Positions 12,992 to 26,300 of a DNA stretch of 64,000 bases are shown here, piece by piece. Origin of the DNA: Azolla caroliniana. Its lineage: Eukaryota; Plantae; Polypodiophyta. The notes under the pieces were generated by a model. The model saw nothing but the letters and a program-made list of their open reading frames with translations. It ran no database searches and was not told the origin of the DNA. Made by a program: the position numbers and the translations under genes. How positions within the stretch are numbered: the first letter of the stretch is position 1; every line of letters starts with the position of its first letter. The stretch lies in contig JBHGNT010000017.1 in the NCBI GenBank assembly GCA_043228905.1, forward strand, positions 10,850,001 to 10,914,000, given 5' to 3'.

Positions 12992-14787
12992 TCATTCTTC
13001 ACCTCCAAGGTTATCTCGATTTCTTTCATGATTAGCCCGCATCATTAGGAATTGAACAGATCTTTGGTTGTCAAGACTCTTGATCCGCGCGAAGGCTGCT
13101 CCATTATCGAACAACTTGGTCTCCATCCAGGATGATGTGATATACGGTTGTCCTAGGATGACAAGATCTGAAGCCGATTCTTGCACGAAGAAGTGTTGAT
13201 CCATCTCCACATCCCCAATCGTGACTTTAACATTGGGACAAGCTCCGTACAAGTCCTCTGTGTCCTTTGTTGCCGCTCGAATCTTCCATCCGTGGTTTGT
13301 GTTAATTGGCCATCTTCCTTTTTTGTAGAACTCGGTTGAGATGAGGTTGATCTCCGAGCCATGGTCGATTAAGGCTACCACGGTCTCTTTCTTCTCCCCG
13401 ATCTTCACCGGCATCTCCGTTGTCGCTCGTGCCCAATGAAGTCGAGTATAGTGACTGTCCACCAAATCTTCATCGACTTCATCCCTTGCCATCGTTATGG
13501 CATTTGATTTTGCTTTTAACGGCTTCTCTTCTTCCTCGTCCGACTGTTGCCTTTTTCTCTTCACAAGGTCCACGATCGTATCATGGAACTCCTTCTTTGT
13601 AATGCCGAGCAATTCCCTCAAGGACAAGGTCACGTGGCTATCGAAAACACGTTCCTTGAATCTTCTTCAGATATGTCGTTTGCTCTATGTCCGACCTTAG
13701 CTTATAGGTAGGCATAATTCTTGTCTTCCAAGTGGGGTCTTCAACACCAACCTTCAGGGGCCAAACTGTTTCATGTGCATAGTGCATCACATCCACATGA
13801 GTCGCCTCGGCATCTTCCATGGTTTTCTTCATTCCCCCTCTCCCGAAATTCACCCATAGGGGTCTTCTAGTCTCACTTGAGCAGATCATGTTGCCATCCA
13901 TGTATATGATATTTTGTCGAATGGCGTCTCGAAGGCTCACGCAATCCCTTCTCATGTGGTCCATGCTATCACACCACACGCATCTAAAGGGTTCTTTTCC
14001 TTTGGGGCCCCGACGATTCATGTTCGCTAGTGTGACCGTCTCGAACTTCTTCGCTAGTTCTTCGATGATGTCATCATCAATCTTCTTTTCTTCTGGCTTA
14101 CTTTGTTTGGCTGGTTTAGCGACTTTCGGTTGTCTCGTTTTCTCCCCAGTCGATCCTGCCAAGTCGGTGTCATCAACCCACTGATGACGCTTGTCGAGCC
14201 TGTTGCACGCCCGCTTCACCGCAATCCAGTTTGCCACAAGCCCGTTTGCTTGGGTAGCATCTTCAAGAAGAGTCCCCAATTCTCATCCATCCATCATATC
14301 CATAGCTTTGAAGAAGTAGCACTTGGTCCGTGTTAGGGAGACGATGAAACATCTGGTCGAATTCGTTGTACACCCTCAAGGCACTCATCTTCTTATTTTT
14401 CTTTTCTATCGACTTCATCAACGCATGTCGAGTCATCCTTGACAAATCTTCCATCGCGAACTCCGCTAATATTGTTCTCCCGAACTCGGACCATGTTGTC
14501 TTGCCTTCTTGAAGCTCGATGACGTGTCTTTGGATGTTGTTAGTGACCACTCTCTTGAAACTTGTAATTTGAAGCACTTTGGACACGTCCCTTTGATTCA
14601 TCTCCCTTTTGTATCCATCTAGGAACTTCGTAATATTCTGTCCATCAAATTGACCCTCGAGCTCTACGACACGGTTGATAGCCTTCTCCACGCTCGCATC
14701 GTTGTCTCGAGATCTCATCAGTTGTTCGACGATTAGCATCATCCTTTCAAACTCTCCCGCTTGATTGCTTGAGGATGCCATCTCCAA
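12992..14787 (-). pseudogene. gag-pro: Gypsy gag plus aspartic protease
   Basis: FDGQNITKFL; CVWCDSMDHMRRDC knuckle; ALIDHGSEINLI protease; ILGQPY. Confidence 0.88.
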
Positions 14788-14826
14788 GTATCGGTCGATT
14801 CTTGACTTGATCCTTCCTACTGCCTC

Positions 14827-14844
14827 TTCATGTCGGGTTCACCA
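14827..14844 (-). promoter_or_regulatory. Primer-binding site, tRNA-Trp
   Basis: Plus strand TTCATGTCGGGTTCACCA matches the plant tRNA-Trp(CCA) 3' end TTCACGTCGGGTTCACCA (recalled sequence), 17/18. Confidence 0.8.
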
Positions 14845-15096
14845 TTTAATTATGTCATGAAAATCAGTCACTATGTTCGGATCGTGAGGCGAAACCGCCG
14901 GGGTTCTGGACCGGAAGGATTTGAAGTTTATACTATTTTATACATGCCCCCATGCATATGGTGCATGTGAGGGTACAAGACATGCACGTAATGCATGAAA
15001 TACATGCAATGCATGTTTGCCATGTCATCATCTAAGCTCTCATGTATGAGAATTTACATATAAAATGATCAAAGTAAAACTTTTTAAGATATGACT

Positions 15097-15152
15097 TGGC
15101 TAAGTGGTAAGCCTATTGACTTTCAACTTGGAGGTGCAAGGTTCAAAATCTC
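15097..15152 (+). promoter_or_regulatory. tRNA-like Pol III A/B-box cassette in 5' LTR
   Basis: Consensus A-box TGGCTAAGTGG (15097); B-box-like GGTTCAAAATC (15140). Confidence 0.72.
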
Positions 15153-15832
15153 ATTTGCACCCCTTTGTATACAAATTTTCTTTTTACTAGGCTTTTTAGT
15201 CTTGTTTTTACAAATGTTTAAGTGCATATTAAACCTTCACTTGACCTCCAAAGAACTAGACGATTTTGTTCGTTTCACACAAGACATCATGCATCGTGAT
15301 AAATCTACTCGTCCGGTCCATCCGATCCGCATCTGTCCAATCTGGTCCCATTCGTTCGATCTGGCCCGGTCTGCATGCCATCTGGTTCCGTCCGGTCTGG
15401 TTCGATTCTGTCGTCGTCTGTCGGTCCGAATCCCAAAACCAATGAACTTGGCTGCATCCATTCGTCAAGTAATACAACTCAACTCAACCTTTCTATGCTC
15501 CAAACACATAGATATATTATGAAGAGATATTGGTCTGCCTATATAATCTGGGATCCTTATTTGTCCTGTCTATGTGGGATATCTCACAGTTTTGTTTTTC
15601 TTTTCTTCTTCACAATCTTAAAACCCACATAACTTAACACTTAGTTGTCCGTTTCTTACGTAGTAAAGTGCATTCGAAAGCTCTTAAAGACCTCCATCTT
15701 TTCGTACCAAGATATTAAACTTATTTAGAATAGTATCTTCACTATTATTGTTTCATATCTTGTGAGAAGAACCACACTCGATTTTGTATGTTCCTCACAA
15801 TTTACACACTATCGCAAAGAATCTTTATGACA

Positions 15833-18280
15833 ACGCGATCGTGTCTTCAATGGGCATCACCAGCTTTTGTCCGTACATTAGTTCAACTGGCATGAAACCT
15901 GTAACTGAGTTGTGAGTTGTTCTATCGGCCCACAAGGCATAAGGTAGTAACTGAGGCCAGTTCCCGATATGCCCATTGCAAGCTCTTACAATGGCTTTTA
16001 CGATAAGTCCGTGTCCGCGTTCTATCTTTCCATTAGCGTTCGGGTTATAAGTGGCCGTGAGGGAGAGCTTCACTCCAAGTCATTCAAAGAGCTCTATCGT
16101 TTCGTGAGCGTTCAAATCTCCTCTATCGGTCACTATCTTTCCCACACATCCGTACCGACAGATGACATCCTCGAGTAAGAATTTACACACCCCCATCGTC
16201 GTTGTGTTTGCTAAGGCTCGCCCTTCTACCTGGTTTGTTAGGTCTTCTCTTGCTAGCACCAAATATTTCATTTGGCCCACTCCCATCGGCATCGAAACCA
16301 AATCCACCATCCTTTTGAAGTGTATGGTGAGTGGGTAGGTCGGGTGCAACTCGCCCCTATGGCATATGTTTGAGAGTATCTGCCCACTTTCACACGTCCC
16401 CACGAAATGGGCAATATCCTTGTACATTCCTGGCCACCAGTACTTCTCCTTTAACTTCTCGAATGTTGCCCACATTCCTCTATGGCCCGCCCAAGGACTC
16501 TCGTGGAACTCAGGCACCAACGTTGTTTGGTCCTCTTCCTTTATGACCACTCGTTGTGGCGTCCCTGTCCTTCTCTTCGGGTGCCTCTAGAGGAATCCCC
16601 CTTGTAGGAAGTACTTGTACACTTTCTTTCGGACTCTCTGTGCTTCCTCCTTCCACCATGAACTATCCACTATCATTGAGCTTAAGAACTTGCCAATGTG
16701 TAGCCACTCCCCTTCGTATTCACTTTCGTTGAAGGCATGGAGTACTCGCACATCTTGATCATCTATAGACGCTTGGGCCATCTTAAAGAAGTCAAGAGCG
16801 ATATCCTCATCTTCAGACACCATGTCGCTTTCGCCCTCGAATCTTGCCCTCGATAGCATATCTGCCATGGCATTGTTCTTCCCTGAAATGTGGTGAATCT
16901 CCGGGTTCATTGATTTGATGTAAGCAATCCATCTTAGCATAGCTAAGTAAGGTGTTACACATCTCGAAACCATCCCTAGGATTGGAAGGCAATCCGTCTC
17001 TATTACCACCTCTGTCCCGATTAGGGAATATTTATCCGCCTTCACTGCGGACACAATACCCCATACCCCAAAGCTCACGTTTTACTTGGGCATATCCTCG
17101 TTGTCGCTCACTTAAGACCTTGGCCCCGAACCGGATTGCGTAGCGTGTACCATCCTCTCCTTCTTGGTTGATGACCTATCCGATCCCTATTGGACTCGTA
17201 TCTACCGTCACGTAGATGGGCACCCCTTCCTTGTATACGGCTTTTCGTAAAGCTGGTGCTGCTACCAACATTCCTTTGAGAATCTTCATTGCCTCTGTGT
17301 CCTCTTCCTCCCACTTGAACTTCCACCCCTTCTTGAGTAGCCCATACAAGGGGTCTGCTAGGTGAGCGTAGTGCGGGATCCAAATGTGGTAGAATGTAAA
17401 GGCACCAAGAAATCGCCTCACCTTTGTTTGCGATTTACATTCTTCCCTCATGTCTGTGATGGCGTCCACCTTTGCTGGGGATGGCTTCCGTCCGTATGTC
17501 CGGTTGGCCAAATGCCGATTTCTCACCTAGGAAGGTCAAGCATGCATCTTTGAGTCTTTGTAGAACCTTCTCGCAATCGGAGATGTGATCTACCACAAAA
17601 CATTTGCACCCATCCTTGTCCAAGGTTTCATCTTTCTTCACTTCAAAGCACCCTTTTATAGGTATGTCATCGAGGAATGACATGGTGATGTTGGGGATGC
17701 AATCTCTCAATACCTTGTTCATTGCATTTACCATGTGGGCTACAGAGTTAGTGCCTCCTTGTGGCAAGGTACACATTCGCACTAGGCCGATAGGAGTCCG
17801 CATTGTTGTGATGTCCCTACTCTCAACAGCTAGTTGGAATTGATCATACCGATCGAGTATAGATCACTGATCGAATAAATAGACCTTCCAGCGAAGGCCT
17901 CGGCGAATTCGTCAACGCTTGGCCCAACCCCTACATTTCGAATTGTCACTTGATTAACAGGTTGTAGGTCCTAGATGAAGCGTAAGGTGTTGTTCTTCTT
18001 TGGCACAGTGAACCACCGATTCGAGTATGGGGCGCTTGATGGCTCGAGGATACCCATCTCGATCTTTTCCTTAAGTAGCTCAATCAACTTCGGGATGTGA
18101 GCTCTCGGAACCGGAATTGGTTTGACGTTCCATGGTACATGCGGTACCGTAAAGATCAGCATTGGCTCCACGATCTTAGGGTTTACGCACCCTATCTCAC
18201 CCGACGAGAAGGTGAAAGCCCTTCTGTGGCTTTCGATCATCCTTCTAAATCTTTCCTCCTCCCTAGACAAGATTCTAGTA
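15833..18280 (-). pseudogene. pol: Gypsy RT, RNase H and integrase remnant (continues into 9353-9884)
   Basis: SAPYSNRWFTVPKK; LPQGGTNS; FLDDIPIKG; VTVDTSPIGIG; FHESPWAGHRG. Confidence 0.9.
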
Positions 18281-18289
18281 CTAAGACGA

Positions 18290-19060
18290 CTCTAGTATGG
18301 TGGAGCACATGAATGCATTCTCAGGGCTCATAAATCAGACAACCTCATTGGTGGTACCTCTAGCCGACGAGGTACTCACGTTGTTGCTGCTCGGTTCCCT
18401 CCCATATATTTGGGAGATGTTGGTTGTCACATTGGGCAACGTTGGGCCAAAAGGAAAACAGTTGTCCCTAGCAAGGGTAAAATCAAGCGTGTTGGATGAA
18501 GAAGCTCTCCGGAAGGACCGGGACTTCAGAATCGATCTGAAGACCTTAGTCACAAAAGATGACTATAACCAGGGAAGAGGCTGGAATCGGAGTCCCCAAA
18601 ACCAGGACAAATCGGGGACGAGGTTGAAGTCAAGGGGAAGGCCCACTTGCTTTTATTTCGGAAAGCCAAAGCACTTCTAGAAGAATTGCCGACACTTCTG
18701 GAAAACCAAAGGGGGAGCCGTCATTTCGGAACCGAAGAAGATTTCGGAAAGTAGAGGAACATCGGCGATCGCTACAAGTGAAGAAGAATTGTTAATCACT
18801 GAGGAGAGTGAGCTGCATCTTGTCAGTGGCGAAACGACATGGACCGTGGTCGATTCCGGAGAGTCGTTCCACCTGACTCCCGACCGAAAGTGCTTCTCAT
18901 CATACAGAGCTGGAGATCACGGTTCTGTCCAGATGGGAAATGAAGGTCCATGCCTAATTGTCAGCATAGGAGACATGTGGTTAATGACGTCAACCGGGTG
19001 CAAGTTGTTGCTGAAGGATGTCCGACACGTTTCGGAGGTTTGGTTGAACCTGATCTCAAA
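18290..19060 (+). pseudogene. Copia gag/protease fragment
   Basis: EHMNAFSGLINQ..LLLGSLP..CFYFGKPKHF; WTVVDSGESFHLT. Confidence 0.85.
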
Positions 19061-19197
19061 CGTTCGGTTTAATATTCAACCATTGGTATATCATAACAAT
19101 GTTTTGCTAGTTGAATACCTTCCGAATTTGTCTAGTCTGGTTCCTTCCTTCGGCTCATCCGATTCAGATCCCATTCTGAGGGACCGAATTCCCAACA

Positions 19198-22140
19198 AGC
19201 TCCCTTTTCTCTCCAGCATGGGATGTCTTGTCAATCCAATCCATCTCCTACACATGTCCAGCTTGTCGGTTGACAACACCTTGGTCAACATGTCTGACCC
19301 ATTCTCCTTCGTGTGGATCTTTGTCAACAATAACTCTTTATCTTATACCTTATCCTAGAGCGAGTGATATCTTCTCTAGATGTGCTTCGTTCGGGAGTGG
19401 TTGGCCGCATTCTTCGCGAGGTAGATGACAATTTGACTATCACAGAAGAGCCGGAATTCCTCCTTTCAAATCCCAAGCTCGTCGATGAATTCCTTCATCC
19501 AAATTACTTCATTGTCGACTTCCATGGCTGTCATATACTCTGCTTCCGTTGTTGATAGTGCAATGGACTTCTACAGCCTCGACTGCCATGATACGGCTCC
19601 ACTTGCATAAGTCATGACATATGCGAATGTAGACTAGCTAGTATCCACATCAGCCAACATATCCAAATCCGTGAATTCTTCAAGTTGGATTTTCTTGAGC
19701 CAAATGAGAGGCACATACTCAAAGTGCCCTTAAAGTACTGGAGTATCCACTTTACCGCGGTCTAGTGCTTCTTTCCAGGGTTTCTCATAAACCGGCTGAC
19801 CACTCCAACAACATATCCGATATCCGGTCGGGTACACACCATTGTGTACATCAAGCCTCTGATGGTAGAGGCGTATGGTATCTTCATCATCTCTGACTTC
19901 TCCGCCTTTGTCTTCGGGCTCTGCTTCTCTGATAGCTTCTAGTTTGCCGGAAGTGTCGACCCGACCGACTTTGCATCTAACATGTTGAACCTTTGAAGTA
20001 GCTTTGTCACGTACTTCTACTGTGACTGTCACAATTGCTTCTTCGACCAGTTCCGGACTATATGCATCCCTAGGATTTGTCTCACAGAACCCATATCTTT
20101 CATTGTGAATGACCGGCTCAAAGCCTTCTTCAGCATTATGATTTTGATATGGTCTCATCCGACGACCAACATGTCATTCACATACATAAGGAGTATTAGG
20201 AAGTCTCCTCCGTTGAACTTCTTCACAAATACGTAGTGGTAGGCCTGCGTCTTGTGGTATCCTTGGTCAGTCATGAAGGAGTCGAACTTCCAGTACCATT
20301 GCAAGGGAGCTTGGTTCAGTCCGTATAAGCTCTTCTTCAACCATCACACCAGGTGCTTCTTCCCTTTCTTGAAAAACACTTCCGGTTGTTGCATGTAGAT
20401 CTCTTCTTCGAGGTCGTCATGTAGGAATGTCGTCTTGACATCTAGTTGCTCTACCTCGAGGTCTCCTCCGTTGAACTTCTTCACAAATACGTAGTGGTAG
20501 GCCTGCGTCTTGTGGTATCCTTGGTCGGTCATGAAGGAGTCGAACTTCCAGTACCATTGCAAGGGAGCTTGGTTCAGTCCGTATAAGCTCTTCTTCAACC
20601 ATCACACCAGGTGCTTCTTCCCTTTCTTGAAAAACACTTCCGGTTGTTGCATGTAGATCTCTTCTTCGAGGTCGTCATGTAGGAATGTCGTCTTGACATC
20701 TAGTTGCTCTACCTCGAGGTCTCCTCCGTTGAACTTCTTCACAAATACGTAGTGGTAGGCCTGCGTCTTGTGGTATCCTTGGTCGGTCATGAAGGAGTCG
20801 AACTTCCAGTACCATTGCAAGGGAGCTTGGTTCAGTCCGTATAAGCTCTTCTTCAACCATCACACCAGGTGCTTCTTCCCTTTCTTGAAAAACACTTCCG
20901 GTTGTTGCATGTAGATCTCTTCTTCGAGGTCGTCATGTAGGAATGTCGTCTTGACATCTAGTTGCTCTACCTCGAGGTCTCCTCCGTTGAACTTCTTCAC
21001 AAATACGTAGTGGTAGGCCTGCGTCTTGTGGTATCCTTGGTCGGTCATGAAGGAGTCGAACTTCCAGTACCATTGCAAGGGAGCTTGGTTTAGTCCGTAT
21101 AAGCTCTTCTTCAACCATCACACCAGGTGCTTCTTCCCTTTCTTGAAAAACACTTCTGGTTGTTGCATGTAGATCTCTTCTTCGAGGTCATCATGTAGGA
21201 ATGTCGTCTTGACATCTAGTTGCTCTACCTCGAGGTCCATGCTTGCCGCTATCCTCAACACCGTCTGGATGGATGTCATCTTCACTACCAGGGCAAAGAT
21301 CTCATTGAAATACACTCCTTTCTTCTATTGGAAGCCCTTCACCACAATGCAGGCCTTATACCTTGGTGGATTTCCAGCGTCTCCCAGTTTTAGCTTGTAC
21401 ACCCACCCAATCCGGAGTGCTCTCTTTCCTTTCTATAGCTACGTCAATTCATATGTGTGGATCTCATCTCATCCTGCATGGCACTTAATCACTTGCGGTT
21501 GTGGGTGTCTCTATTTGTTTCTTCGAATCTTTCTGGCTCCCCCTCGTCGATCAACAACACATGCTCTGCATCCAGAAATCTCTAGGGGCTCTTCTCTCCG
21601 TTCTTCCCTGGTTCTAGACCACTGGTTCCTCCGTTTGTTCTTCATCCGAATCTGACTCAGGGTTTTGTTCAATTCCGGTGTCCATATCTTCTTCTTTGGT
21701 CGGTTCGGTTTCTTATCCGACTCCAGCCGGTTCTTCGAGTGTCATCCGGTTTCTGGTCGGATGGGTCCTTGTTTCTTCCGACCGATCTCTATTGGTCGAC
21801 CCAAAGTTCGCTATCTTCTTTTTTGACTCCCAGTCAGCAATGGTCTTATCTTCCATGAAGACTATGTCATGACTTCGGAAGACCTTCTTGTCGACCAAGT
21901 CCCATACTCGATATCCGAACTCATTATCACCGTATCCAAGGAATATGCATGGTTCGGATTTCCGATCCAACTTTTCTCTCTTCTCCTTTGTAATATGCAC
22001 GTAAGCGAGACAACCGAACACCTTCATATTCCGGTAAGACACGTCTTTACCAGTCCATACCCTCTATGGTGTGTCTCCGTCCAAGGGTGTTGAGGGTGAT
22101 CTATTAATCACGTGCATCGCCGTCATCAGCACCTCAACCC
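19198..22140 (-). pseudogene. pol: Copia IN-RT-RH remnant; PPT and partial 3' LTR lie to the left (~19065-19197)
   Basis: VFGCLAYVH..CIFLGYG; KKSLYGLNQAP; KIHTKENGSDMLTK; LTR start TGTTGGGAATTCGGTCCC at 19197, similar to the LTR end at 31784. Confidence 0.88.
20203..21236. repeat. Four near-identical 258-bp tandem copies of an RT segment
   Basis: Repeated ORF ends at 20344, 20602, 20860 and 21118 (258-bp spacing). Confidence 0.95.
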
Positions 22141-23199
22141 AACCAAATGGTATGCTTGCATAAATGTTAAAGGTCCAGTCATGCTATACAAGAAAATGAT
22201 TTAGTCATTGATGAAATATTTCGATGCAACACTAGTCTTCAAGATATTCTTGTAATATTGTCCTTCTTGCGTTGAATCGAGTTAATAGGGTTTTTATAGC
22301 AAAGTTGAAATTAGTTATTATAGATGTCATCTCCTTGTCTCAAATCTCTTGGATTTAGGTTCCAACTCTAGCTTCATGAACCAAAATTTAATTACCATAA
22401 AAAATTCTCTTGAAAAAATGGCAATGTCCAATGGTGTTACAATCATAAATGGTTAGCCTATCACCTCTAGAGATATATTTGAATAGTCTAAGTTAATTCA
22501 TGTCGTTCTCAGCAAGCTATGGTTTTTTATTTCATTCAATAAAATTCGTAGTCACTTGCATGTAGTTATCCTTGATATACCTTGGTTTGAGCTTCATAAT
22601 CTAGAGATGGGTGAAAGCAAGGGAATGGGAACAATAGGTTTATCCTTGACATAGCTTCCTGGTTGTGCAAAAATTGTATGTAATTTAGTTGTTTGGGCTT
22701 TTTTGGGCATTAAAAAGTAATCATTGAGAAATGTTAAAGGGTATGCTACACACCTTAACTAAAGGAAATGGAAGTTTGATTATCTTGTAAATATGAACAA
22801 CATCACTAGAAATGGAAGAAATGAAACTGAAAATATAGAGAGAAAGTTGTGGATTATTTCAATATTTTGACGAAACAAATCAATTATAAAGAGAATAATG
22901 TAATACTTTATTGAATAATAAGTGTAGCAAATGTATTGATCTTGATGATTTGAATGGAAATGTAGCAAATGTGCTAGTTAATAATCTAAGAAAATCTCTA
23001 CGCAACATGAGCAGGTTTGAAGGTGATCTTTACCTTAGAAAGATCTCGTCTAATCATGATATTAAATATTGATGTTGATGAAATTAATATCACTATATTA
23101 TTTGTGATGATCGGTATAAATAGAAAAAGTGTCTACAATATCACGAATTTAAAATAACACTGAATGGATCACACTCAACTACAAGTGTTAAAATAAAAA

Positions 23200-23307
23200 T
23201 CGCAGAAGCTTGAAGAAAGGGGTTTCATACGACAGAGAAAGTCCATGTACGGTGCACCGGTGATCTTTGTGAAGAAGAAAGATGGAAGGTTGAGGATCTC
23301 TACTGAT
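23200..23307 (+). pseudogene. Gypsy RT fragment interrupted by copia insertion
   Basis: KGFHT..SPC/YGAPVIFVKKKDGRLRISTD; continues as KITIK after 27699. Confidence 0.65.
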
Positions 23308-26300
23308 TAAAAGAATACATGCGGAAGCTTAACTGACCCAACCGGGTAACAAAAGACAAGAGACAAGGAAGGTTTAATGGAAAGCTTAATCAACACCACG
23401 TATGTGGGAGAGACAGAGAGCAAAACACAAAAAAATCTCTATTCCAAAACAATACTCTAAAACTCTGTACATAGGATGTGGTCAGAGAGTACTTTTATAC
23501 AGGTCCATACGGACTGACAAAAGTACTGACACGTACTTCAATGCTCATCAAAGAGCCCCTACAATAACTCCCAAAATATATTCCTCCGCGGAATATCTAT
23601 CCAACAGCCTCCCGGTTTACACACCGCTATGACCTCTCGTTGCACACTTGGTTTACGTACGTAGTTTACGCACTGGTTTACGTACGTAGTTTACGCACTG
23701 GTTTACGCACCCAATGTTGAGCTTGTATCTCAACAGTCCCCTTCAAGCTCAACTTGAGGTTCCGCCTGCTCTTCTGGATCTTTGTTTCGGCTTCTCCTAG
23801 CTTCACATCTCGCTCACACTCCTCGACCCATTCGATTCCGCGTGCCTCAACCCTTTCGGTCGGCTTGTCTGCTCATGCGGCCTTTCTCACTCCCTTGCTA
23901 TCACAGTGTTGGCGCCTCTTCCGCTGCTCTTTCCTCTGCTTGGCCTTTAGTTGATTCGGTAGCGTCTTCGAATCGAACATTCGTACTGAATCAACTGTCT
24001 CCAATTCTTGCCCGAATTGGTTGTCTCTAATTCTTCTTCTATCTTCAGGTCCTTAACCACATCAGACCATGTCTTGGTCTCGGCCTTCTTGCCCTTCATG
24101 GCTCCATCTCCCCCCTGTTTGGCTGACTCCAGCTCTTGCCTTTAGTTGTTGCCCTTGTTTCCGCCTTTAGCTTCTTTAGCCAACCCGAAATCAAACTCTT
24201 CATCCGAAATCAAATTCTTCATCATTTCCTGGTCTTTTCTCCCTCTCAAGTTCGGCACGTCGAGGTGCAGCAAACCAAGTGCACCCGAGAATTGCCGCAA
24301 CTTCCTGAAGATGTCGGTAGTCTACCGATCCGTCAGAACATATACTAGTTCGACTTCACCAGAGAGGACACGCTCGCGGACAAAGTGGTAGTGCACCTCA
24401 ATGTGCTTGGTCCGGGGTGCAAGACGGGTTCTTCGCATGTTGGATGCTGCTGAGGTTGTCGCAATAGATCGTCGTTAGATCGGACACCTCCACCTGCAGA
24501 TCCTTGAGTTGCCTCTTCAACCAGATGACTTCGCACGTAGCAACAACCGCTCCTCGATACTTGGCCTCCGTGCTTGATAGTGCCACTGTCAGCGGCTTTT
24601 TACTGTTCCATGCGATTGCCGTACTTCCCAATGAAACTGCATATCTAGATGTTGATCTACAATCACCTACATTTCCAGCCCAATCAGCATCCATGTAACC
24701 GACTAACTGCTCCTCTACTCCTAGCCGATATAGCAACGCCATGTCCTAAGTGCCGCTGACATACCCCAATATCCTTTGTGTGCACTGAAGGTGTTTGGTC
24801 GTGGGCTACGACATAAATTGACTGATGAGGTCGATCGGGTAATTGAGATCCGTCTGATTGATCGTCAAATAAATTAGGCTTACGACAATTTGTTGGAACC
24901 GTGTCAGGTCACACGCCATCCCTGAATCTCAGCGAAGCTTGACGTTTTTGTCCAGAGGAGTTGAGATGGACTTACAATCTGCCATCCCAAATTTGAAGAG
25001 CATACTCATAATGTCGTTGGCTTAATATGCCTTCGGGGGTGTTGATCACTTAGATCCCTAGGAGGTAATGAAGGTCCCCTAGGTCCTTCATGTTGAATGA
25101 TGCCACAAGCTGGGACTTTACGAGACCAATTTCATCTTTGTCGGCACCGACGATGACAAAATCATCAACATAAAGTAAAATACTAACCCGTCCATGTTGA
25201 ACTTGCCGAACAAGCAATGAAGAGTCCGATTTGAACGTCGCAAATCCCATCTGACATAGGCGCTGCGTGATCTTCGTGTTTCACGCGCACGGAGCTTGTT
25301 TTCGTCCGTAGAGGGACTACTTCAGTCCGCATACCACCGAAGTGTTCTTTCCAAACTGAAATCTAGGACGCTATACCATGTACACCTGTTCCTCATGTTC
25401 TCCTTGTAGCAACAAGTTCTTTACATCCATCTTATGTAAATGCCACCCCTTTACTACGGCTATAGCAAGCAGGACACAAACAGTTGTCATCTTCGCGATT
25501 GGCACAAAGGTCTCATCGTAGTCGATGTCATGCCGTTGTGCGTATCCCTTCTCCACTAACCGGGCCTTGTAGTGGTTGATAGAGTCGTCGGTGTTGTACT
25601 TGACCTTATACACCCACCTGCATCCAATCGGCTTTACACCCTTCGGGGCGTCAACCAGGTCCCAGGTTTCATTTTCCGCTAATGCATGCATCTCTTCCTC
25701 CATTGTGGCATGCCAATTTGCGTCCTACACCACTTATGCGTAGCATGTACTAGTTGTATCCGAACCGCACCACGGGGTTCTTCTGGTGGGTACATCGGCG
25801 TAACTGCTCAGCTGATTTTGAGGCCCTCTTGCCCGATGCAGACTTTGTTTTAGAAGGTCTGTCTTTGTTCTTCTCGGAGCTAGATTTGCTTCGATCCCAC
25901 TCATCTTTATCAATGTCCCACTCCAACATCTTCTTCTTTCCTTCTCTTTGCGCGTAAACTGTCTCCTCGGTTTCCTGCACGGGAAATGCACGACCGAGTC
26001 TCCACTACTACTGGGTTGTGCGTCTAACTAGTCATGCCGACTCAGTCGCTCATTCGGCCCACTTAGCCTAAATGAGATGGGACTCTCTTCACGAGCTCCG
26101 ATGTCTCCTTTGTCCCAAGGCATTTCAGCCTCGCTGACCTCTTTGTGAGAGATTCGAATGGAGTCGTCAAGGGTTGGAGGCGAAGGCAAGTACCACGATG
26201 CAGACTCGTCGAACACAACATCACGACTTACGCAAGCTTGTTTGGTTCAGGCATTATAACACTTATAACCCTTCTGTTCATCTGAGTAGCCAACCAAGAT

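Larger units (their letters stand above)
9885..15832 (-). mobile_element. Non-chromoviral Ty3/gypsy element (Phygy/Selgy-like), two LTRs, RT deleted
   Basis: LTRs 9885-10880 and 14853-15832; PPT 10881-10892; Trp PBS 14827-14844; 4-bp TSD ACGC; host integrase frame rejoins across it (..EDTIA|SWVAMQWENE..). Confidence 0.9.

Noticed and set aside
22140-23190. AT-rich interval that might hold a host gene
   Set aside because: No substantial ORF or recognisable motif; probably a highly decayed repeat
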